A DNA stretch of 64,000 nt from Bacteroidota bacterium (GTDB lineage: Bacteria > Bacteroidota > Bacteroidia > NS11-12g > UBA955), in contig JANXMZ010000061.1 in assembly GCA_025354385.1 (NCBI GenBank), positions 12,440-76,439 of the forward strand, in the 5' to 3' direction. The first letter of the stretch is position 1. Every line of letters starts with the position of its first letter. Shown here piece after piece: positions 18,117-27,936 of this stretch. The notes under the pieces are model-generated. The model saw nothing but the letters and a program-made list of their open reading frames with translations, did not search any database and was not told the origin of the DNA. The translations under genes were made by a program, and so were the position numbers.

Positions 18117-19573
18117 AAATAAAATTACTCATCGCAATGGTCAGTATAAGTGTTTTTTCTTATGGGCAAAAACCAGTTTCATGGGGTATGGGCATGGATC
18201 TTTCTTCCAATACCTATAGCAATATGCACCCCCGTATGACGTTAGACGGCAAGGGGAACCCTATGTTGGTTTGGGGAAGAATGTCTGATGAAGCTGTTTT
18301 ATTCTCAAGGTGGAACGGCACAATGTTCACCACTCCTGTAAAATTAAATCCCCTGTGGTTAAAAGTGGCAAGTGCTAGCTGGATGGGACCGGATATTGCC
18401 TCGAAAGGTGATACTGTTTACGTAGTGGTTAAAAGGACTCCGGAAGCATCAGACACCAATCACATTTACATTATGACTTCCTTCAACGGGGGTATTTCTT
18501 TCTCATCTCCTGTTCTTGTGGATTTTATTGCCGACAGCGTTTCCCGTTTTCCCACTGTTACTGTGGATGCCACAGGAAATCCCATAGTTGCTTTTATGAA
18601 ATTCAATTCATCCTTCCTTAAATCGAGATGGGTGGTTACCCGGTCCACAGATTATGGCAAAACATTCTCTGCCGATGTAAGGGCTAGCGGTTACAGCGGG
18701 GTAAATGCAGAGGTATGTGATTGTTGCCCTGGTGCATTGGTCACTTCAGGCAGTGTCTCAGCAATGTTGTATAGAGACAACCTCAGCAATATCCGCGATA
18801 TATGGACAGGTATTTCAACGAACAACAATGCATCTTTTAAAAATGGCTTTGCTGCCGATAATACCAAATGGAATATTAATTCATGTCCTTCCAGCGGACC
18901 AGATGGCGTTATTGCGGGAGATTCATTGTATTCTGTCTTCCTGAGTGGGGGAAGTGGGAACTACCGCACTTATTTAAGTAAATCTTCCATCATTAGCGGA
19001 GGTGTAAATTCAGTAAAAAGCCTAACGGGAAATATTGCAGGACTCAGCCAGCAGAATTATCCAAGGATAGCGAATGATGGAAATGCAATGGCCATTGTTT
19101 GGAAACAAACTGTCAGCGGTGGTTCACAACTACCAATTTTATTTACAAATAATCTACTTAAAGGTTTTCCTCCCCAGTATGACACAGTTGATTTAAAAGA
19201 CATTACCAATGCAGATGTGGCGATGAGCCAGGGTAATATTTTTGTGGTTTGGCAGGACGACAACTCGGGAACAGTCAAATACCGTAAGGGTACCTATCAG
19301 CCATTTGTCTCCAAAATAGATAAAATTCTTCAGTCTGATTTTTTGGTTTTCCCCAATCCAGGCAACGAAACCCTTTCCATTCAATTTAATGATGAGATCC
19401 AATCGGCGGAAATAAGAGTGATGAATACATTGGGTGAAATACAGTTTCAAAATTTACTCACATTTACTGCAAATAAAACCATGCTGGATATTTCCTCTTT
19501 AACAAATGGAATTTATATTATTCAATTACAAGTAAATGAAAGGGTGATTACCCGGAAATTTATAAAACAATGA
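18113..19573 (+). CDS. BNR/Asp-box (sialidase-like propeller) protein with CDCC and CPxxGP motifs and T9SS CTD
   Basis: Asp-boxes SFNGGISFS and STDYGKTFS; VCDCC, SCPSSGP; CTD VFPNP...RKFIKQ. Confidence 0.82.
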   Translation: MKIKLLIAMVSISVFSYGQKPVSWGMGMDLSSNTYSNMHPRMTLDGKGNPMLVWGRMSDEAVLFSRWNGTMFTTPVKLNPLWLKVASASWMGPDIASKGDTVYVVVKRTPEASDTNHIYIMTSFNGGISFSSPVLVDFIADSVSRFPTVTVDATGNPIVAFMKFNSSFLKSRWVVTRSTDYGKTFSADVRASGYSGVNAEVCDCCPGALVTSGSVSAMLYRDNLSNIRDIWTGISTNNNASFKNGFAADNTKWNINSCPSSGPDGVIAGDSLYSVFLSGGSGNYRTYLSKSSIISGGVNSVKSLTGNIAGLSQQNYPRIANDGNAMAIVWKQTVSGGSQLPILFTNNLLKGFPPQYDTVDLKDITNADVAMSQGNIFVVWQDDNSGTVKYRKGTYQPFVSKIDKILQSDFLVFPNPGNETLSIQFNDEIQSAEIRVMNTLGEIQFQNLLTFTANKTMLDISSLTNGIYIIQLQVNERVITRKFIKQ

Positions 19574-21159
19574 AAAAAACGTATGGTTTAATACTGATAT
19601 TGGCTTTTTTGAAATTGCAATATTTATGCGCACAAACAGTTACATGGGCGGATGATATTGCCTGTATTACCTATACACATTGCGCAGGTTGCCATAACAA
19701 CCAGAGCAGTTTAGCGGCCTTCCCGCTTACCAGTTATCAGGAAGCTTATGCGCAAAGGAATGCCATGAAATATTATTCAACTTATTTATCCATGCCCCCC
19801 TACCAGCCTAATACAAGGCATCGCAGGTATGTTAATGAAAAGAATATGACCCAACAGGAGATAGGTTTAATTGCAAGTTGGGTAAATTCAGGATGCCCAA
19901 GGGGTGATACTGCAAATGAACCTCCGTTCCCGGTATTTAATTCAATAAAAAGCACAATTCTTTCCCCCGATGTGTCACTAAAGATGCAGGATTATATTAT
20001 TCCTTATAATGGTGTAAATTTTAGGAGATGTTTTATTTTATCGCCTCCCCTCAGTTCTTCTAAACTGATTAAACAAATAGAAGTAATACCCGGAGATCTT
20101 TCTGCCATTTATGCAGTATATGTATATGCAGATACTTCTTCTATTCCAACCCTGTTAGATTCGGCAGGGAGTGGTTATATGAATTTCGGGGGTACGGGAA
20201 GCAATTCTGCTAAACCCTTATATGGATTCGTTCATGGTACCAACCCTTTAAACCTTCCAGGAAATTGTGCATTAAAAATAGATTCCGGTTCAAGATATAT
20301 TATACAGGTGGAATATGCTGAAGATGCAGGTGGTAAATTGGATTCTACCAGATTAAATATAAAATATACCAGGGGTGTCGGCAACAGGGCAATAGAAATT
20401 GGTGCCTTGCTTCACCATGATAAAGACCTGATAAATGGGCCTTTCATAGTTCAACCTGATTCAGTAATTGAATTCCATGAATTTAAAACTCTGAGCAGCG
20501 ATATTACACTATTTAGTGTCAGTCCCAACCTTCACCATATATGTACTGATTTTAAGGTTTTTGCTATTCAGCCTGGCAATGATACAGTGCAAATTTTAGA
20601 AGTTGAAGATCATGGCGAAATCTGGTCTGAAGGGACCTATTTTTCCCAAAATCCTGTGTATTTAAAAAAAGGGACTGAACTGCATGCTATTGCAAATTAT
20701 GATAACACGCTGTCTAATGGAAACAATCCAAATAACCCTCCGTTAACAATTAGTCCCGGTTTTGGTGAAACTGACGAACAAATGGTATTTAATTTTTCTT
20801 ATGCTCCCTATATTACAGGTGATGAAAACATAATTTTGGATTCATTCCCACATCCAAAGCATTATGAAAATTGTACCCCAAAGCATAAAGTTTCCAGTAT
20901 CCCTCCCTGTTTATCTAAAGGCAATAAAATCATCGTTTATCCAAACCCTGCCACTACAACTCTTTGTATAAATCTTCCTGACAGTTGCCTTTCCGCAAAG
21001 CTAACACTTATTAATATGGTTGGTGAGACAGTTTTATCACAGGATATTTCAAATAATGCAAATCCAAACATAAATATTTCAAATATTGATGATGGTATAT
21101 ATATTATCAGACTTAAAACAAACGACATAATAATCACAAATAAATTTATTAAACGATGA
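19570..21159 (+). CDS. Cytochrome c (CxxCH) plus copper type II monooxygenase (PHM)-like fold, with T9SS CTD
   Basis: HCAGCH, MPP, WVNSGCPRGD, RRCF, EVIPG, YDNT..N.NNPNNPP, DEQM; CTD VYPNP...NKFIKR. Confidence 0.82.
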   Translation: MKKTYGLILILAFLKLQYLCAQTVTWADDIACITYTHCAGCHNNQSSLAAFPLTSYQEAYAQRNAMKYYSTYLSMPPYQPNTRHRRYVNEKNMTQQEIGLIASWVNSGCPRGDTANEPPFPVFNSIKSTILSPDVSLKMQDYIIPYNGVNFRRCFILSPPLSSSKLIKQIEVIPGDLSAIYAVYVYADTSSIPTLLDSAGSGYMNFGGTGSNSAKPLYGFVHGTNPLNLPGNCALKIDSGSRYIIQVEYAEDAGGKLDSTRLNIKYTRGVGNRAIEIGALLHHDKDLINGPFIVQPDSVIEFHEFKTLSSDITLFSVSPNLHHICTDFKVFAIQPGNDTVQILEVEDHGEIWSEGTYFSQNPVYLKKGTELHAIANYDNTLSNGNNPNNPPLTISPGFGETDEQMVFNFSYAPYITGDENIILDSFPHPKHYENCTPKHKVSSIPPCLSKGNKIIVYPNPATTTLCINLPDSCLSAKLTLINMVGETVLSQDISNNANPNINISNIDDGIYIIRLKTNDIIITNKFIKR

Positions 21160-22547
21160 AAAAAAATCTAATTTTTTGCACATTGCTAATCGGCATTAGT
21201 GCCAGACCACTGCTTTCACAGCAAAGCATTGATTCGTATGTATTCGACTCAAGTAAAAACATTTTTACCATGATTGCTGCTTCTGGTAGTGGCTTATCGT
21301 CTGCTGTTGATCTCGATTTTTATCCCGATCAATCAAAACGCAGTTTTGAATTATGGATATTAAATCAGGGAACTGCTAATTCAGGCGGAAGTACTGTTAT
21401 TGTTTCCAATGCCAATAAAAGCTCCAGAACCTATAAATATGTAAAAGATGGAAATGCCTACCACTTTATGGCCCTGGCAAGTGCTATAGCTTTTGGTGAT
21501 AGTTTATGGGCTACTAGTGCTGATATATTAGATGCCAATCACCAAACAGGCCAATATACAGGTCCTACATTATGGTCAAGTGATTTAAATATCTATGGCA
21601 TCATTGGCAATCCCAGTTCTTCGCAAGTGAATGGAAGTCATTTGGATATGATTCATCAAAGTCCGTATAGCAAAGGTATTGCGTTTGAAAAAGATTTGGT
21701 CTATTGGGTGTTGGATGGCTTTGAAGGAAACCTGAAAAGATATGACTATGTGCAGACGCATCAACCCGGTGGTTCAGACCATAGCGCAGGTAAAGTGAGG
21801 GTTTATAACGATTTTCAGTTTACCAAACACCCTTCTCTGCCAAGCCATATAGTTATTGATGATAAAAAGAAATATCTATATGGCTGCGACCCTATTGGTA
21901 AAAGGATTTTCAGGGTGGATATTACCTCAGGTTCTGATGCAGGACAGGGTACAAAAGTAAATAATGAACTACTTCAGGAATATGAAGTTTATAGTGGTTT
22001 GGAAATAAAAGATATTGTAACTACAGGTCTGACAAGTCCCGTTGGGATTGATATTTATGGTGACAGGCTTATAGTTACCGATAATGGAACTGACGAAATT
22101 ATTATTTATAATATTTCTGATAATTTCAAAGAGGTAGGCCGGATAAAACTTAAATACATTGCAAAGCCGGACCCAATGGGTTTAAAAGTTGGCCCAGACG
22201 GAAAGATATATTTTGTTGATAAGACCAATAAAAGGGCCTATATGATTGATAATATGAATGTATGGCCTCTTGCAGTGGAAGATACAAAAGCACCTATTGC
22301 ACTACTCGTTTATCCTAATCCTTCCAATGATTATGTTTCTATCCAGAATAAAAATGCCGATATAATTATTCAAACAGTCAATATTACTGATATTTATGGA
22401 AGAAGTGTTTTACAACTTGATATAAATTCAACTGATGAGTTGACTAAAATAGATATTTCCAACCTGGCTTCCGGTCAATATTTAATCACCCTAAAGACGG
22501 ATAAAGGCATTAGCACACAAAAAATAAGTAAATATGACATTCAATAA
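21156..22547 (+). CDS. Beta-propeller protein with His/Met motifs and T9SS CTD
   Basis: HFMALASAIAFG, GPTLWSSDL, GSHLDMIHQSP, NHL-like PVGIDI and PMGLKVGPDGKIYFVD; CTD VYPNP. Confidence 0.8.
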   Translation: MKKNLIFCTLLIGISARPLLSQQSIDSYVFDSSKNIFTMIAASGSGLSSAVDLDFYPDQSKRSFELWILNQGTANSGGSTVIVSNANKSSRTYKYVKDGNAYHFMALASAIAFGDSLWATSADILDANHQTGQYTGPTLWSSDLNIYGIIGNPSSSQVNGSHLDMIHQSPYSKGIAFEKDLVYWVLDGFEGNLKRYDYVQTHQPGGSDHSAGKVRVYNDFQFTKHPSLPSHIVIDDKKKYLYGCDPIGKRIFRVDITSGSDAGQGTKVNNELLQEYEVYSGLEIKDIVTTGLTSPVGIDIYGDRLIVTDNGTDEIIIYNISDNFKEVGRIKLKYIAKPDPMGLKVGPDGKIYFVDKTNKRAYMIDNMNVWPLAVEDTKAPIALLVYPNPSNDYVSIQNKNADIIIQTVNITDIYGRSVLQLDINSTDELTKIDISNLASGQYLITLKTDKGISTQKISKYDIQ

Positions 22548-23268
22548 ACACCTGCAACTTATTATCACCCCACTATACTCTAAAGGAGTATTTATTATCC
22601 TCCTTATTTTGTTTAAATTTAGTGGATTGTATGCCCAGCTTACATTCCCAAATGGAAATTCATTGAATTTAGTAACAAATGTTTCATTTATGTATGAAGA
22701 AACTGTGATTAAATTCCATACAGGTAAATTTAAAGTATCGGATTATAATTGGATGAAAGTTTCTGATTCAATTAATCAAAACTGGTGGGTATCCTCTTGC
22801 TTCAATGGGGAGTGCAAAGGGGATTTGCCTTTTAATGGTGATTTTATAATGGATTACGGATATAATGATACAACTGGATTTATAGCATTCCATGTTAATA
22901 CAAAAGATTCGTCCGGAACTTCTAAAATAGCTTATAGTGTTCAAAATAAATCTGACTTTTCTGATGTGGCCACACTATTTTACACTATTACCTATAATTA
23001 TGTGAACGGTATTATTCATACTTCAAGCCTGCATTTTAAGGTATACCCCAATCCTGTGTCAGATTACTTCGTTCTGGACAATCCAGAAGAGTTAAAGATT
23101 CAGGATATACATGTTTATGATATAATGGGAAGGGAGCAAAAGGTGGAATTAGACTTTTCAAAATCAAATCAAATAGCCATAAATGCAAAAGCCCTTAAAT
23201 CAGGGGTATGGTTCTTAAGTTTTCAAACTGCTGATGGGGTTTATAATCAGAAAATCATTAAAGAATAA
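22534..23268 (+). CDS. T9SS CTD protein, Ig-like domain
   Basis: WWVSSCFNGEC (resembles the 15703 gene), CTD VYPNP...QKIIKE. Confidence 0.8.
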   Translation: MTFNKHLQLIITPLYSKGVFIILLILFKFSGLYAQLTFPNGNSLNLVTNVSFMYEETVIKFHTGKFKVSDYNWMKVSDSINQNWWVSSCFNGECKGDLPFNGDFIMDYGYNDTTGFIAFHVNTKDSSGTSKIAYSVQNKSDFSDVATLFYTITYNYVNGIIHTSSLHFKVYPNPVSDYFVLDNPEELKIQDIHVYDIMGREQKVELDFSKSNQIAINAKALKSGVWFLSFQTADGVYNQKIIKE

Positions 23269-23290
23269 AAGCTAATAAACTATAAAAGCA

Positions 23291-23854
23291 ATGTTGGAAA
23301 CATTTCACATAAAAAACATGGTTTGTTTGCGCTGTATAAGGGTGGTGGATGAGGCTTTAAACAGGGAAGGATTCTATGTGAAATCTGTTGACATGGGCTT
23401 TGCTGTTATAGAGACTGAAGCCCTGAACAAAAAAAAACTTTCAAAAGTCCTTAACGACAATGGCTTTGAGTTACTAGAAGGAAAAACTTCCAAACTAATC
23501 AAGGATTTGAAAACCTTTATTGTGCAATTCATACGTTCAGGAAAACTTGAAAATGAAAAGCTGAAATTTTCGGCTGTATTGGAAAAAAAATTCGGGAAAA
23601 GTCTTGGGTATCTGGGCAAACTATACTCCCAGGCAGAAAATAATACACTGGAAAAGTACATTCTGGCTCAAAAAATAGAATATGTAAAAGAGTTAATTGT
23701 TTACAACGAATTGACCCTAACGGAAATTTCATTTCAACTGGGATACAGTAGCGTTACCCATTTAAGCAGCCAATTCAGGCAGGTAACCGGATTTTCCGCC
23801 ACTCAGTTTAAAACATTAAAAAAACATCACCGGAAATCAATTGATCAACTTTAA
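23291..23854 (+). CDS. AraC-family regulator with N-terminal HMA-like (MxCxxC) domain
   Basis: IKNMVCLRC; C-terminal LTLTEISFQLGYSSVTHLSSQFRQVTG. Confidence 0.92.
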   Translation: MLETFHIKNMVCLRCIRVVDEALNREGFYVKSVDMGFAVIETEALNKKKLSKVLNDNGFELLEGKTSKLIKDLKTFIVQFIRSGKLENEKLKFSAVLEKKFGKSLGYLGKLYSQAENNTLEKYILAQKIEYVKELIVYNELTLTEISFQLGYSSVTHLSSQFRQVTGFSATQFKTLKKHHRKSIDQL

Positions 23855-23872
23855 TATTAAACATAATTGCGT

Positions 23873-23912
23873 AATTGTATAACATTTGAAATTCTTGGTA
23901 GTACGACCTTTG
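23873..23912 (+). promoter_or_regulatory. Candidate activator box plus -7 element
   Basis: AATTGTATAACA-N20-GACCTTTG; same architecture at 34691-34730. Confidence 0.55.
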
Positions 23913-23931
23913 TGGTATATATTTTTATAAA

Positions 23932-24654
23932 ATGAAACATACCTATCAAATAACCGGAATGACTTGTGGAAGTTGTGAAGCTAAAGTGAAAACAGCCTTA
24001 CTTTCCTTACCTGATGTTGCGGCAGTCGAAGTTTCTAAAGAAACAAACCGGGCAATTATCACTATGGATAATCATATCGCCTTACCAGATTTTCAAAATG
24101 CACTTGGGGGAATAAATGCCAAATACCGGATTTCTGCAATTAACCCTATTGAAACTGTTGAAATGGCTAAATCCTGGCTGCATACTTATAAGCCATTATT
24201 GTTAATTATAGCTTTCATTATGAGTGTTTCACTAATTACATCTTCAAATGGCTTAACCCTTAATGCAATGAAATGGATGAACAGTTTTATGGCTGGCTTT
24301 TTCATCGTATTTTCTTTTTTCAAGCTACTTAATCTCAAGGGCTTTGCAGAAAGCTATGCCATGTATGATATTATCGCAAAAAAAGCAAAAGTTTATGGGT
24401 ACCTGTATCCCTTTATTGAACTTACATTGGGTTTTGCATACCTCACTCATTTCAACCCTCTGTTTGTGAATATAGCTACAGTTGTAATTATGGGAATTAG
24501 TTCTATCGGTGTCATTAAAAGTGTATTGGATAAAAGGGCCATAAAGTGTGCCTGTTTAGGTGATGTATTCAATCTGCCTATGAGCACTGTTACTATCATT
24601 GAAGATTTAGCAATGACAGGAATGGCAGTATACATGTTGCTTATAATCAATTAA
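23932..24654 (+). CDS. HMA domain plus MauE/DoxX-like membrane protein
   Basis: GMTCGSC; FAESYAMYD, YPFIEL, CACLG, EDLAM. Confidence 0.9.
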   Translation: MKHTYQITGMTCGSCEAKVKTALLSLPDVAAVEVSKETNRAIITMDNHIALPDFQNALGGINAKYRISAINPIETVEMAKSWLHTYKPLLLIIAFIMSVSLITSSNGLTLNAMKWMNSFMAGFFIVFSFFKLLNLKGFAESYAMYDIIAKKAKVYGYLYPFIELTLGFAYLTHFNPLFVNIATVVIMGISSIGVIKSVLDKRAIKCACLGDVFNLPMSTVTIIEDLAMTGMAVYMLLIIN

Positions 24655-24721
24655 AACTATTTCTAAAACCAATAACCTGAAACTATACCCCTTTGTAAGA
24701 CCCGTGAAAACCCATCAATAA

Positions 24722-25999
24722 ATGAATAAGATAAATGCAAATAATATTTCAGGGTTGATTAAAGCCGGGTTAAATTTTTTATTGAAGATGTTGAAATCAA
24801 TGTTTAAGCACCAGAAATCATGTTGTAAAGTTGTATTGTTTATTTTTACCATGCTTATGCATTCTAATACCAATGGGCAAAAAATGATGACGTTGAAGGT
24901 GATTTTAGACAGCAGTTTCATTTACAGCCCCTCCTTAAAGGCAGCCAACAGCACGATAGAACAGCAACAACAACTTGTTAAATCATCTATCAACCTTCCA
25001 CCGCCAGAAATACTTGTACAAAACCCTACTGGTCAATTTTACACAATTGGTGTGCAACAGATTTTTGATTTTCCTACTATTTATGTTGCACAAAAAAAAA
25101 TACAAAAGGAGAATGTAAAATTAGCTGAAACTGAAAGAAAGTTGACCCAAAGCGATGTAAAATACCAGGTGAGTATTTTGTATAGTGAGTTGCAATACCA
25201 GCTTGAATTAGTGAAACTTTTAAAAAGACAAGACAGTGCGTATCAAAAAATAGCAGAAAATGCAGAAAGGGCCTTTAATGCGGGAAATATTGATTTTATA
25301 CAAGCTAGTTATTCCAAGGTACAGGCAGGACAGGTAAAATCAAATCTCATTTTAGCTGAAGCCAACTATAAAAGCATACTTGAAAACCTTAAAATACTGT
25401 GTAATATCAAATCAGATTTTTTACCTGACAGCATAGTTGTTTATGAGGAGAAAATGATATTTGAGGGGGATACTGGCATCAGTCAAAATAGCTCCATGCT
25501 ATATGTCAGGCAGCAAATTGCAATCAATGAAAGGAAATTGCAATTGGAAAAACAAAAGACCCTTCCGGGCTTTACAGTGGCATTTTTGAATCAGGGAAAT
25601 AAAACAACCATCAATCAGAACAGGTTTTATGCAGGTTTGCGCATACCCTTGTGGTTTTGGCAATACAAAGGCAATATAGAAGCGGCCAGAAGCAAAGTGG
25701 ATGTGAGCAGGTACAATGCAGACGCCAATAGTTTAAGATTAGCTACTGAAATGCAATCGGCCTATACAAAATATGTGGCTTATCGGCAAGCGTTAGGTTT
25801 ATACAGGTCTGATATATTACAACAGGTAGGTTCGCTAACCAATGCTTCCAATCGTTTTTTTGCATCAGGTAATACTTCTTACACCGATTTTCTAAGAAAC
25901 TTAAATGATATTTCTGAAATACGAAAAAACTATCTTTTAACAGTGAAGAACTTTAACCAAACCATTATATATATCGACTATTTAACAGGGAATTTATGA
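24722..25999 (+). CDS. TolC-family outer membrane efflux protein
   Basis: Helical repeats, LPGF..., GLRIPLWF; precedes MFP/RND genes. True start may be a downstream Met. Confidence 0.85.
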   Translation: MNKINANNISGLIKAGLNFLLKMLKSMFKHQKSCCKVVLFIFTMLMHSNTNGQKMMTLKVILDSSFIYSPSLKAANSTIEQQQQLVKSSINLPPPEILVQNPTGQFYTIGVQQIFDFPTIYVAQKKIQKENVKLAETERKLTQSDVKYQVSILYSELQYQLELVKLLKRQDSAYQKIAENAERAFNAGNIDFIQASYSKVQAGQVKSNLILAEANYKSILENLKILCNIKSDFLPDSIVVYEEKMIFEGDTGISQNSSMLYVRQQIAINERKLQLEKQKTLPGFTVAFLNQGNKTTINQNRFYAGLRIPLWFWQYKGNIEAARSKVDVSRYNADANSLRLATEMQSAYTKYVAYRQALGLYRSDILQQVGSLTNASNRFFASGNTSYTDFLRNLNDISEIRKNYLLTVKNFNQTIIYIDYLTGNL

Positions 26000-27681
26000 T
26001 AAGAATAATCAAAACAATAATCATTTTACTTATTTTAACTTTCACCGTTAAAACATTTGCACATGGGGGTGAAGACCATGATATTAAAAAGACAACCACC
26101 ACAACAGCTACGTACTTTTCGACTGAAAACAGTTCTGAAATATACGAAGTATTGATTAAATACGGGGAGCTTAGTGCCGGGGAAGATGCTCATTTTACAC
26201 TTTTTTTAAGCGATGTAAAAACAAATAAGCCTATTGCCAATGCTCAATTGGTAATTGTCAACACTGATAATCCAAATCAAAAAATGGAAGGTAAAATGAA
26301 AGATAGCGGGATTTATGAGTTCAGTGCAAAATTGGAGGACAAAAAAATATATTCTTTTAATGTAAGTATTAATGGCAGTTTAGGGGCGGATTTAATCCAG
26401 GTATCAGGTATTGAAGTTGGAAAAAAATTGCCGCAACCGCTTGAAACAACCAATCAAACTTCAACTGATTTTTTCTCGGCAGGGAACATCGTTACAATTA
26501 TTGTCGCCCTGTTCATCGGTTTATTTGCTGGTTTGTTTTTAAAGCGTAATTCAAAAGCAGGTAAAAAGGTGATAAGTATATTTTTACTTTGCATACTGAA
26601 TGTCTTTCCCTTCTCAAACTTCAATGTTCATGCGCATGGAGGCGAGGAGCATGAAGAAGATAAAAAAGGCAATAATTCAGAATCAGCTCAAATAATAGTG
26701 TCGAAGGAAACCCAGTTTCTTTTTGGTGTAACTACCCTGGATTTGCAAATAGGAAATTTCACACCCTCAATCAATTTATTTGGCACACTTTTGCCCACTT
26801 CATCAGGCAAAGCCGTTGTGCAGACACCGCAAACCGGCATTATAAGTTCACTTAATGTAATTGTGGGCCAAAATATTGCAAAAGGCCAGTTGCTGGCTGT
26901 TGTAGAACAAAATATAGATGCCGGAACCCAAATAAGCTGGCTTACGCAAAAGAACAATTTAAATGCAGAAGTAGCAGCTGCAAAAAAGGAATACGACCGT
27001 TTAAAGTCTATAGCGGACATAGCTGCGAAAAAGGATGTTGATGAAGCTGAAAGGCGATACAATACCGCAGCAACCAATCTGAAGTTATTTGAAAAATCCG
27101 GTGGGAACCAAAACACCAGATTGATCAACCTTTATTCTCCAATAAACGGCAGGCTCGATAATTTTAATTTTTCATTAGGCGCTACGATAAATGCCGGACA
27201 GGATATTTTTACAGTGACAAACCTCTCAAAATTATATGCAGAGGCCCAGGTATTTGATAAGGATGCGGGAGCAGTGAAAAACGGTAAGGAATTTCTTGTA
27301 GAAAGTACAGATAATCTCAGCACACAAAAAGTAAAGTTGCTTACAATGGGTCAAAGCATAAATCCCACCAATCAATCTCAAAAAGTATTATTTGAAATGG
27401 ACAATGAGGATAGTAAATTTAAGATAGGTGAATTTGTAAATATCAGGGTTTTCAGTGAAGCAGGAGCCAGGAATATAGCCATACCAAATTCAGCTATTAC
27501 AGAAATTAATGGGAAACCTGCTGTATTTATAAAGGACGCAGCCGAAAAATATACACTTAGCTATATTTCACCTGGTGAAAATAACGGACAATATACCACT
27601 GTGCTAAGAGGTATAGAAGAAGGTGAAAGGGTTGTTATTAATGGCACTTATCAACTTAAAATAATGTATTTAAACCAATAA
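25996..27681 (+). CDS. RND efflux periplasmic adaptor (MFP) with N-terminal His-motif extension
   Basis: Biotinyl-lipoyl-like GIISSLNVIVGQNIAKGQLL, SPINGR, IPNSAI, GERVVING; two HGGExH motifs. Confidence 0.9.
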   Translation: MIRIIKTIIILLILTFTVKTFAHGGEDHDIKKTTTTTATYFSTENSSEIYEVLIKYGELSAGEDAHFTLFLSDVKTNKPIANAQLVIVNTDNPNQKMEGKMKDSGIYEFSAKLEDKKIYSFNVSINGSLGADLIQVSGIEVGKKLPQPLETTNQTSTDFFSAGNIVTIIVALFIGLFAGLFLKRNSKAGKKVISIFLLCILNVFPFSNFNVHAHGGEEHEEDKKGNNSESAQIIVSKETQFLFGVTTLDLQIGNFTPSINLFGTLLPTSSGKAVVQTPQTGIISSLNVIVGQNIAKGQLLAVVEQNIDAGTQISWLTQKNNLNAEVAAAKKEYDRLKSIADIAAKKDVDEAERRYNTAATNLKLFEKSGGNQNTRLINLYSPINGRLDNFNFSLGATINAGQDIFTVTNLSKLYAEAQVFDKDAGAVKNGKEFLVESTDNLSTQKVKLLTMGQSINPTNQSQKVLFEMDNEDSKFKIGEFVNIRVFSEAGARNIAIPNSAITEINGKPAVFIKDAAEKYTLSYISPGENNGQYTTVLRGIEEGERVVINGTYQLKIMYLNQ

Positions 27682-27708
27682 TCAAACAAGTTAAATAAAA
27701 AAATAATC

Positions 27709-27924
27709 ATGAAAAAATCAGCATTAATTGTTGCTATGGTGGCCTTATTGGGCGCCTGTAACTCCAACACCAAAGCTCCGGTAACCGACAGCTCAAAGGA
27801 TTCAATTCAACAGCCTCACCAGCATCAGGCGAGTTATGCCTGCCCCATGGATTGCGAAAAGGGAAAAACGTATGATAAGCCTGGAACATGCCCTGTTTGT
27901 GGAATGAATTTAGAAAAGAAATAA
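27709..27924 (+). CDS. Small lipoprotein with heavy-metal-binding (CPM...CPxCGM) domain
   Basis: Lipobox LGAC; YACPMDCEKGKTYDKPGTCPVCGMNL. Confidence 0.88.
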   Translation: MKKSALIVAMVALLGACNSNTKAPVTDSSKDSIQQPHQHQASYACPMDCEKGKTYDKPGTCPVCGMNLEKK

Positions 27925-27936
27925 AATATAAATATA

